A DNA stretch of 62,220 nt from an uncultured Actinomycetes bacterium (GTDB lineage Bacteria; Actinomycetota; Acidimicrobiia; IMCC26256; PALSA-555), in the NCBI GenBank assembly GCA_903899845.1, contig CAIUKV010000206.1, forward strand, positions 1-62,220, in the 5' to 3' direction. Made by a program: the position numbers and the translations under genes. This document shows, one piece after another, positions 19,463 through 27,205 of the stretch. The notes below the pieces were generated by a model. It did not search any database. It saw only the letters and a program-made list of their open reading frames with translations, and was not told the origin of the DNA. Position 1 is the first letter of the stretch; each line of letters starts with the position of its first letter.

Positions 19463-20356
19463 CTACGCGAACCGGACCGGGATCTCCACGACGTCGCGGG
19501 GGGACCCGTCCTTGGGGGAGTCCCAGAAGACCCGCACCGTCCCGGTGGCGTCGCCCCGGGGGTCGACGGCGACCCGGGTCGAGAACGTGCCCCAGGTGCC
19601 CGTGCCCGCGGTGGCGGTGGTGAAGGTGTCGGCCAGCACCCGGCCGCTCGCGCCGAGGACGGTGATCCGGACGGTCGCCTCGAACACGTTGGCCTCGCCG
19701 GCGACGGTGATCGGACTCGACACCCGCTCGCCAGGACCGGGGCGCTCCACGAACACGAGGGGCTCGAGGTCCCGGAAGTCGGCGCGGGTCAGCGGCGGAC
19801 CGTCGGTGCCGAACCGCACCGCCCGCACCGTCGGGAACTGCGTCAGCGTGAACACGATCTGGGCGGTGGCCCAACGCAGGGTGGTGTCGTTGTAGCCGCG
19901 GCCGAACCCGGGGTCGAGGACCACCGTCGCCGTCCCGTCGGCGATCGAGATCGCGGTCACCGCGGTGGGCGCACCGGCGCTGCTCGCGTAGCCGAGGGCC
20001 TGCTCCGTCGGGGTGGGCCCGGCGAGGAGCTGCTCGAGCGCGGCCCGGGCCACCGCCGCGGTCGGTGCCACCCGCCGGTGGGCCGTGGCCAGGCGGGGGG
20101 TGCCGCCCACCTGCGGGCCGACCCCGGTCAGGAACGTCACCTGCAGGTCGACGCCCGGGGCGTCGGGGGCGACGGTGCCCGGGGGCGCGGTGGCCCCGGT
20201 CGTCCCGGGGCCGGCGGCCGTGGTCGTCGGCGCACCGCCGCCCGTGGCGGTGCGCATCCGGTCGGATCCTCCGCCGCAGGCCGGGAGGCTCAGGGCGGCG
20301 ACCAGCGCGACGGCCGCCACCGCGACCGGGGCGGTGGGCGGACGCCGGCGGGTCAC
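19463..20356 (-). CDS. Lipoprotein with GerMN domain and C-terminal Gmad2 Ig-like domain
   Basis: Lipobox LPAC, ARAALEQLLAGPT, AQIVFTLTQFPTV, and ITVAGEANVFEATV...GTWGTF. CATACT lies 6 nt before GTG 20356. Confidence 0.8.
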   Translation of the reverse strand: MTRRRPPTAPVAVAAVALVAALSLPACGGGSDRMRTATGGGAPTTTAAGPGTTGATAPPGTVAPDAPGVDLQVTFLTGVGPQVGGTPRLATAHRRVAPTAAVARAALEQLLAGPTPTEQALGYASSAGAPTAVTAISIADGTATVVLDPGFGRGYNDTTLRWATAQIVFTLTQFPTVRAVRFGTDGPPLTRADFRDLEPLVFVERPGPGERVSSPITVAGEANVFEATVRITVLGASGRVLADTFTTATAGTGTWGTFSTRVAVDPRGDATGTVRVFWDSPKDGSPRDVVEIPVRFA

Positions 20357-20370
20357 CGACCGAGTATGCC

Positions 20371-20418
20371 GGTCGGGGCGTCGGTCGGGGCGTCGGTCGG
20401 GGCGTCGGTTGGGGCGGT
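20371..20418 (+). repeat. 12-bp tandem repeat
   Basis: GGTCGGGGCGTC x3 plus a degenerate fourth copy. Confidence 0.8.
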
Positions 20419-20670
20419 GGGTGTGGCCGGCGTCCAGCACCGTGGTCGCGGCGACGGCGCCAGTGGCCAGGACGGCCACGGCGGCGACCGTGGTGGCCAG
20501 GGTCGTGGTGAGGGGGGTGCGCATCGGGACTCCGGGAACGGGCTCGTCCGGCCGCTCGGCCGGATCCACCACGGACACGCCCGGGCCGCCACCCGGGTTT
20601 GGCCCGGCTGGGCCGGGCTCGGGATCGCCGCCCCGGGACCGGGTGGCCTAGGGTCGGCCCGGGAGGCGGT

Positions 20671-22122
20671 GTGGGGCGGATTCCCTACAAGTGGATCGTC
20701 GCGATCGTGTTCGTGGCGGGGACGTTCATGGACATCCTCGACACCACGAGCGTCAACGTCGCGCTCCCGACCCTCGGTCGGGAGTTCGGGGTGTCGGTCG
20801 CCGACATCGAGTGGGTCGTCCTGGGGTATCTCCTGTCGCTCGCGGTGTGGATCCCGGCGTCGGGTTGGATCGGGGACCGCTTCGGGACCAAGCGCATCTA
20901 CCTGTTCGCGCTGGTCATGTTCACGGGCTCGTCGATGCTCTGTGGGGTGGCGACGAGCCTCGACCAGCTGATCGCGTTCCGCATCCTCCAGGGGGTGGGT
21001 GGGGGGATGCTCGTCCCCGTCGGCACCGCGATGCTGTTCCGCGCGTTCCCCCCGATCGAGCGGGCCAAGGCGTCGACCGTCCTCATCGTCCCGACGGTGC
21101 TGGCCCCCGCGCTCGGGCCGGTGATCGGCGGGTGGCTCGTCACCGAGTACTCGTGGCGGTGGATCTTCTACCTGAACGTGCCGGTCGGCATCGCGACCTT
21201 CCTGGTCGGGCTGTTCGGGCTGAAGGAGCACCGCGAGCCCACGGCCGGTCGGTTCGACCTGCTCGGCTTCCTGCTGTCCGGGGGTGGGCTGGCCGCGATC
21301 CTGTTCGCCCTGTCCCGGGGGCCGTCCGACGGGTGGGGGGCGCCGGTGGTCGCGATCCCGCTCGTGGCCGGAGTCCTCGCGTTCGCGCTGCTCATCTACG
21401 TCGAGACCCACGTCCCCGAGCCGATGCTCGCGATGCGCCTGTTCGCCGAGCGCATGTTCCGCAACGCCAACATCGTCACCGCGCTGGCGTTCGGCAGCTT
21501 CGCCGGTCTGCTCTTCATCCTCCCGCTCTTCCTCCAGACCCTGCTCGGCCTGAGCGCGCTGCAGTCCGGCCTCGCCACCTTCCCTCAAGCGGTCGGGATG
21601 ATCCTGGCCAGCCAGGTCGCGGGTCGGCTCTACCACCGCATCGGACCCCGGCGGCTCGTCATCGGCGGCCTCGTCGCGCTCACGATCGCGACGATCCCGC
21701 TCACCGGCGTGGGCTTCGACACCAGCCTCTGGACGATCCGCGGGATCATGTTCCTCCGGGGCATCGCGATGGCGTTCGTGTTCGTCCCGATCCAGGCCTG
21801 CAGCTACGCGAACATCGCGCCCCAGGACACCGGTCGGGCCTCGGCGATCTACTCGGCCCAGCGCCAGATCGCGGCGTCGCTCGGCGTGGCGACGCTGGCC
21901 ACCGTGCTGGCCGAGATGCTCGCCCGCAACGGGGGCCTGGCCGATCCGGCGGGCGCGCTCGACGCGTTCCAGACCACGATCCTCGTGGCCACCGTGCTGA
22001 TCGTGGTCGCGGTGGCCTCGGCCTTCCTGATCCGCGATCGTGACGCCGCCAGCACCATCCACCGCCTGGCCGAGCGCGAGGACTTCGTCGCCGAGGACCC
22101 GATGCCGATCCCCGAGCGGTGA
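20671..22122 (+). CDS. DHA2 (EmrB/QacA) MFS multidrug efflux transporter
   Basis: MDILDTTSVNVALP, GWIGDRFGTKR, FRILQGVGGG, LGPVIGGWL and WRWIFYLNVPVG. GGGAGG precedes GTG 20671. Confidence 0.9.
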   Translation: MGRIPYKWIVAIVFVAGTFMDILDTTSVNVALPTLGREFGVSVADIEWVVLGYLLSLAVWIPASGWIGDRFGTKRIYLFALVMFTGSSMLCGVATSLDQLIAFRILQGVGGGMLVPVGTAMLFRAFPPIERAKASTVLIVPTVLAPALGPVIGGWLVTEYSWRWIFYLNVPVGIATFLVGLFGLKEHREPTAGRFDLLGFLLSGGGLAAILFALSRGPSDGWGAPVVAIPLVAGVLAFALLIYVETHVPEPMLAMRLFAERMFRNANIVTALAFGSFAGLLFILPLFLQTLLGLSALQSGLATFPQAVGMILASQVAGRLYHRIGPRRLVIGGLVALTIATIPLTGVGFDTSLWTIRGIMFLRGIAMAFVFVPIQACSYANIAPQDTGRASAIYSAQRQIAASLGVATLATVLAEMLARNGGLADPAGALDAFQTTILVATVLIVVAVASAFLIRDRDAASTIHRLAEREDFVAEDPMPIPER

Positions 22123-22175
22123 GGAGCCCGACGCCCGCGACCTCCGACGCCCGGGGTAGTGTCCGCCTCTCCCGT

Positions 22176-23156
22176 ATGGCCCGTCGCCCGATCATCCTCA
22201 TCGCGCTGCTCGTCGGCGGCCTGGCGGTCCTCGGCGGCTGCGGGGGCGCCGATCCCCTCACCGGCACGATCGCGGTCCGGGGCTCGCGCAACGTCCTGCC
22301 CATCGTGTCGGCCTATGCCGGTGGGTTCTCCGACGCGCACCCCTACGTCCGCTTCGACGTCACCATGAACGGCACCGGTGTGGGGATCGCAGAGTTCTGC
22401 GCCGGGCTGGTCCCGGTCGCCGGGGCCTCGCGCCCGTTGAGCGCCGCCGAGCGGGCCGCGTGCCAAGCGTCGGGCGTACGGTACGCCCGCTTCGTGGTGG
22501 GCCGGGACGCGGTGATCCTCTTCACCCGCACCGATCCGCCCGCCACGTGCCTCACCCTGCCTCAGGTCTACGCCGCGTCCGGGGCTCCGAGCACCGGCGT
22601 CACGACCTGGGAGGACGTGGCCCGCCGGAGCGGGACCCCGCCCGACGGTTGGCTCACCGGACCGCTCAGCGTCGTGGGCCCGCCCGAGACCTCGGGCACG
22701 ATGACCGTCTTCGTGGACCTCGCCCTCGCCCCGGTCGCCGAGGTGACCGGTCAGCCTGCGGGTCTCCGGGCCGACTACCGGACCGTGTCGGCGGAGCAGG
22801 GGGTGCGCGCGGCGGCCTCCGCCCGCCCGGGATCGCTGGGCGTGGCGGGGTACGCGGTTGCGACCGACTGGCGGGAAGACCTCCGGCTCGCCGCCGTCGA
22901 CGCCGGCGACGGCTGCGTGAGCCCCACCGCCGAGACCATCGCCGACGGGACGTACCCGTTGAGCCGGTCGCTGGAGGTGCTGGTCAACGTCGAGCAGGCC
23001 CGTCGTGACCCGCTGGTGCGCGAGTTCGTCACCGGTCTCCTCGACCCCGCCCGGGCCGCCGAGGTCCGGGCCGCGGGCAGTGTGCCGGTCCGATCCGGTG
23101 CCGCGATCCGGAACGGGAAGCGGTGGCGCAGCGTGCTCGACGGGAGCGACCGGTGA
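22176..23156 (+). CDS. PstS-like (type II) substrate-binding lipoprotein
   Basis: Lipobox LGGC, IAVRGS..VLP, GTGVGIAEFC, GASRP, TSGT and YPLSRSL. Confidence 0.75.
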   Translation: MARRPIILIALLVGGLAVLGGCGGADPLTGTIAVRGSRNVLPIVSAYAGGFSDAHPYVRFDVTMNGTGVGIAEFCAGLVPVAGASRPLSAAERAACQASGVRYARFVVGRDAVILFTRTDPPATCLTLPQVYAASGAPSTGVTTWEDVARRSGTPPDGWLTGPLSVVGPPETSGTMTVFVDLALAPVAEVTGQPAGLRADYRTVSAEQGVRAAASARPGSLGVAGYAVATDWREDLRLAAVDAGDGCVSPTAETIADGTYPLSRSLEVLVNVEQARRDPLVREFVTGLLDPARAAEVRAAGSVPVRSGAAIRNGKRWRSVLDGSDR

Positions 23157-23953
23157 CCTTCCTCACGTCGCTCTCGGGTGAGGCCCTGCTCCTCGGGGTG
23201 GTGCTCGTCGTCCTGGTCATGTCGATCGGTGTCGCCGTCCTGCTCGTGCGTCGGCCCGAGGGTGGCCGTGACCGGGCCGCGACGACCGCTGCGGCGTACA
23301 TGACCGCGCTGGGCAGCCTGTTCGCGATCGTGACCGGGTTCCTGATCAACAGCGAGTACGCGACGCTGCGCAGCGCCCAGCAGGTGGTCGCGGCCGAGGC
23401 GGCCAGCATCAGCCAGCTGGCCTACGCCAGTGCCGCCCTGCCCCCACCCGACGCCGAGATCGTCCAGGGGCAGCTGGCCGACTACGTGGATTCGGTCGCC
23501 ACGGTGGAGTGGTACCTCCTGTCCGAGAACCGGCCCCAGGCGTCGCCGGCGTTCGCGCAGCTCGCGGTGCTCCAGGAGGCCCTCGTCCGGGTGTCGACCC
23601 GGGACTACCCGTCGCCGGAGGCGGTGAGGTCGATGGGCGACGCGCTCCGGACGATGACCCAGATGCGCCGTGAGCGCGTCGCCATCGCCGCCCAGGGGCT
23701 GCCGGTGGCGCTGTTCGCCCTGAGCGTCATCGCCGGGATCGCCCTGATCGTCAACGCGGTGATCGTCGCCGCCCGCTACGGGAGCCGGTACGTGGTGATC
23801 GCGACGGGGATCATCCTGATGGTCGCCCTCGGTCTCGCGGCGATCCTCGCCATCAGCGCGCCCTTCCGCGGCCCGTTCACCGCATCCCCCGAACCCCTCC
23901 GTGAGTTGGCGGCCGAGCTGCGCAATGCCGCCTACCTCCCGTGGGTGCGGTGA
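23153..23953 (+). CDS. DUF4239 (bestrophin-like) membrane protein
   Basis: Four TM helices with EA..I.QL...S..LP, DYV..V..VEW, R.ER.....GLP and ISAPFRG...SPEPL. GTGA overlap with the upstream gene. Confidence 0.75.
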   Translation: MTFLTSLSGEALLLGVVLVVLVMSIGVAVLLVRRPEGGRDRAATTAAAYMTALGSLFAIVTGFLINSEYATLRSAQQVVAAEAASISQLAYASAALPPPDAEIVQGQLADYVDSVATVEWYLLSENRPQASPAFAQLAVLQEALVRVSTRDYPSPEAVRSMGDALRTMTQMRRERVAIAAQGLPVALFALSVIAGIALIVNAVIVAARYGSRYVVIATGIILMVALGLAAILAISAPFRGPFTASPEPLRELAAELRNAAYLPWVR

Positions 23954-25320
23954 TGGGCGGCGCCGGGCGGGTCCGGCACCCGCGTGCGCACCGGCTTCTC
24001 GCCGCCGGGCTGGTCGCGACGGCGGCCCTTCTCGGGATCGTCCCGGTGCCCGGGGCGGGTGCCCCAGACGCCGGTGCGGCGGTCGAACGCGGCGACCCGG
24101 CGGGAGACCGTTCCGCCGCCGAGACCCGATGCCGGCGGAAGCCGAGTCGCTGCCTGCGTATCGGCGTGGGTGAGCCCATCGTGATCGGGACGCTGCTCGA
24201 CCAGACTCAGCCTCTCGGGCGGGAACCCTTGGTGTCGGTGCAGCTTGCGGTCGACTACCTCGACGGAGCGTTCGACGGGGTCGACGGGTCGCTGCTCGGG
24301 CATCCGGTCGTCCTGATCAACGGGAACGAGGGTTGTGATCGCAACGTGTCGCGTCTCGCCCAGGAGGAGTTGCTGAGCGAGCCGGCGCTCGTCGCCGTCG
24401 TGGGGACCACGTGCTCCTCCGCAGCGCTCGGGCAGGCCGACGTGGCGTTCAGCGCGGCCCGGATCCCGATCGTGTCACCGTCGAACACGGCGCCGGCGCT
24501 GACCGACCCCGAGACCCACGAGCGCTATTACTTCCGGGTCGCGTGGAACGACACGATCCAGGGTGCGGTCATGGCCAACTTCGCCGCGTTCCGCGGCTGG
24601 CCCGGACTCACCGTGATCGCCCAGCCGGACGACCCGTACTCGAGCCAGTTGGCCGAGGCGGTCGCCGCTCAGGCCCGGCGCCGCCAGGTGGGGGTCCGGA
24701 CCGTGCCGTGGGTCGCCGGTGAGACTGCGACTGCGATCGCCGCCGCAGCCACCGATCCCCGGCCGATCGTCCTCACGCTGCTCCCGCCCCAGTGCCGTGA
24801 CGTCGCTGCCGCGATCCGCCGGGACCCGGCGCTCGCAGGCGTCCCCATCTTGGTGTCCGAGGCCTGTGGCGACACGGCATTCCTCCAGGCTCTCGGCGCC
24901 GACCCCGGTGAGGTCTACGCCGCGGTCCCGGACACCCGGGGCGCGAACGAGACGCGGGCGTTCTACACCGAGGCCTTCGTCCCGGCGTTCACGAACCGGG
25001 TGGGCACGGGTCCGACGGTGGCGTTCCACGCCCAGGCGTTCGACGCAGCCCAGCTGATCTTCTCGGCGATCCGGCGGGCGGCGGTCGGGCAGCCTGGCGG
25101 CGAGCTGCTGATCGAGCGCAAGCGGATGCGCGACGCGCTCCTCCGGATCTCCGGGTATCCAGGGGTCTCTGGGGTGGTGGCCTGCTCGCCGAGCGGTGAC
25201 TGCGCCGACCAGGTCGCCATCGGCGTCTACCGCGCCCCCGCCTGGCCCGCCGTCGTCGGGACGGGCGCTGTGCCCGTGTTCGGCCAGTCGCTGACCCTGG
25301 GTGACCTCGAGTCGAGCTGA
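23953..25320 (+). CDS. LivJ/BCAA-type (type I) substrate-binding protein
   Basis: Signal peptide, VVGTTCSSAA, IVSPSNTAPALT, YFRVAWNDTIQG, QAFDAA and GVSGVVACSPSGD. TGATG overlap. Confidence 0.85.
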   Translation: MGGAGRVRHPRAHRLLAAGLVATAALLGIVPVPGAGAPDAGAAVERGDPAGDRSAAETRCRRKPSRCLRIGVGEPIVIGTLLDQTQPLGREPLVSVQLAVDYLDGAFDGVDGSLLGHPVVLINGNEGCDRNVSRLAQEELLSEPALVAVVGTTCSSAALGQADVAFSAARIPIVSPSNTAPALTDPETHERYYFRVAWNDTIQGAVMANFAAFRGWPGLTVIAQPDDPYSSQLAEAVAAQARRRQVGVRTVPWVAGETATAIAAAATDPRPIVLTLLPPQCRDVAAAIRRDPALAGVPILVSEACGDTAFLQALGADPGEVYAAVPDTRGANETRAFYTEAFVPAFTNRVGTGPTVAFHAQAFDAAQLIFSAIRRAAVGQPGGELLIERKRMRDALLRISGYPGVSGVVACSPSGDCADQVAIGVYRAPAWPAVVGTGAVPVFGQSLTLGDLESS

Positions 25321-25328
25321 TCCCCGGA

Positions 25329-25925
25329 TCAGACCCGGGTCGCGCGGACCAGCGTGTCGATCGCGTCCACCGTCCCGGCCTCGGTGCTCACCGGCCGGCG
25401 CACCCGATCCGCCTCCACCACGGTGAGGTCCCCGATGACGGCCACCACCGACTCCGGCGTGGTGCACACCGCCGGGTCCTGGGGTCCGCCGTGGCCGTGG
25501 GCGATGTTGTCGACGTCGTGCGCGACGATCAGCAGCGTGCCGCCCGGTGCCACCGCATCGGCGGCCCGGCGGTAGGCCGCGGCCCGCGCCTCGGCCGGGA
25601 GCTGCAGGTAGCACACGAGCACCAGGTCGAACCCGGGGGGATCGGGAGTCCAGGTGGTGACGTCGGCGACCACCCAGTCGACCTCGAGCCCGCGCTCGGC
25701 GGCGAGCACCCGGCCCTTGTCGATCGCCACCGCGGAGAAGTCGACCGCAGTGGCCTCCCAGCCGAGCGAGGCCAGCCACAGGGCGTTGCGGCCCTCGCCG
25801 CAGGCGACGTCGAGGGCCCGGCCCGGAGCCGTCCCGGTGACCGCCGCCTCGACGAACCGGTTGGGTCCGGCCGACCACACCAGGGGTGACGCGGCGTACC
25901 GGTCGTCCCAGGCCCGGGCGTCCAT
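25329..25925 (-). CDS. Class I SAM-dependent methyltransferase
   Basis: WDDRY...WS.GPN, ALDVACGEGRNA and AVDFS. TGATG overlap with the TauD gene. Confidence 0.88.
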   Translation of the reverse strand: MDARAWDDRYAASPLVWSAGPNRFVEAAVTGTAPGRALDVACGEGRNALWLASLGWEATAVDFSAVAIDKGRVLAAERGLEVDWVVADVTTWTPDPPGFDLVLVCYLQLPAEARAAAYRRAADAVAPGGTLLIVAHDVDNIAHGHGGPQDPAVCTTPESVVAVIGDLTVVEADRVRRPVSTEAGTVDAIDTLVRATRV

Positions 25926-26788
25926 CAGGCCGCGAACGCCATCGGCGCCTCGCCGGCGACGGTGGTGCGGTGCATCGCGCGCCGGTGCCCGGTGAAGTCG
26001 GCCATGGCCATGTGCTGCACGGCCCGGTTGTCCCAGATGGCGAGATCGCCGACCCGCCACCGCCACCGGCAGGTGAAGTCGGTGCGGGTCGAGTGGGCGA
26101 ACAGGAAGTCGAGCAGCGGCTTCGCCTCGTGGGGCGCGAAGCCGTGGAGGCCGATCGTGTACTGCGCGTTGACGAACAGGGCCGGAGCCCCGGTCTCGCC
26201 GTGGGCCCGTACGACGGGGTGGACCCGCGTCTCGTTCGCCGAGTCGTCGGTGCGCACCGCCATCCCGGCGAAGGTGTCGTGCACGGCCTGCATGCGGGGC
26301 GAGTACGCGTTGACGGCGCTGTGGACGCCGCGGAGCCCGGAGAGCATCGTCTGCATCCCCGGCGACAGGCGCGCGTACGCGAGCGTCTGGCTGGCCCAGA
26401 TCGTGTCGCCTCCGTACGGCGGCACCTCGAGCGCGTGCAGGATCGACGCCGACGGCGGCTCGGGGAGGAACGAGAAGTCGGAGTGCCAGAGCCCGCCGAA
26501 GGTGTAGCCGTGGTCCTCGCTCGCCTCGCGCACCACCGCGATGACCTCGGGGTTCCCGGGGATCGACTGGACGAACGGCACGGGGCTCGGCGGACCGAGC
26601 CGGTGGCTGAACGCGACCTGCTGGTCGGGATCGAGGCACTGGTCGCGCAGCACCACCACCCCGTGGTCGAGCAGGGCCCGACGGATGTGCGCGATCTCGG
26701 CGTCGTCGGGGTCGCGGGCGAGGTCGACGCCGTGCACCACGGCACCGCAGGCCCCGGCGATGCGCTCGGTCGTGATCGTCGTGCCCAC
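25925..26788 (-). CDS. TauD/TfdA dioxygenase
   Basis: LWHSDFSF, GGDTIWAS, HPVVRAHGETG and WDNRAVQH. SD GAGGAGG. Confidence 0.9.
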   Translation of the reverse strand: MGTTITTERIAGACGAVVHGVDLARDPDDAEIAHIRRALLDHGVVVLRDQCLDPDQQVAFSHRLGPPSPVPFVQSIPGNPEVIAVVREASEDHGYTFGGLWHSDFSFLPEPPSASILHALEVPPYGGDTIWASQTLAYARLSPGMQTMLSGLRGVHSAVNAYSPRMQAVHDTFAGMAVRTDDSANETRVHPVVRAHGETGAPALFVNAQYTIGLHGFAPHEAKPLLDFLFAHSTRTDFTCRWRWRVGDLAIWDNRAVQHMAMADFTGHRRAMHRTTVAGEAPMAFAA

Positions 26789-26826
26789 GGGGCCTCCTCG
26801 GTCGGCGGGCCGCGCCGGCCGCGCGC

Positions 26827-27150
26827 TCAGCGCAGGGTGTAGCCGGCGTCCTTGAGCTCGCGGCAGGACGGGCAGACGGGGTAGCGCGACGGGTCACGGG
26901 TGGGGACCCACCGCTTGCCGCACAGGGCCACGATGGCCTCGCCGGTCACGTGGGCCCGCACGATGTCGGCCTTCTTGCAGTAGTGGGCGAAGCGGTCGTG
27001 GTCGCCGTCGTCGAGCTCGGGTCGGGCGGGGGCCTCGACCGTCTCGGGCGGCGTGACGACGGCTTGGGCCCGCCCGCGGGCGCCGGTGCGGGCCCATCCA
27101 TCGGCAGTGGTCTGAGCCCGCCCGAGGGTGACGGTGGCGCGCGACGTCAT
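26827..27150 (-). CDS. DUF3039 domain protein
   Basis: DHDRFAHY...VTGEAIVALCGKRWVPTRDPSRYPVCPSC. Start uncertain. Confidence 0.85.
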   Translation of the reverse strand: MTSRATVTLGRAQTTADGWARTGARGRAQAVVTPPETVEAPARPELDDGDHDRFAHYCKKADIVRAHVTGEAIVALCGKRWVPTRDPSRYPVCPSCRELKDAGYTLR

Positions 27151-27205
27151 GGGCCGACACGGTACTCCCGGCGACCGCAGAGGGGCGCCGGTAGCCTCCG
27201 CCCCG

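Noticed and set aside
2790-26788. The two TauD genes together with cbs/metB as a sulfur-starvation regulon
   Set aside because: No tauABC or ssu genes, no shared upstream motif found, and the genes are far apart.
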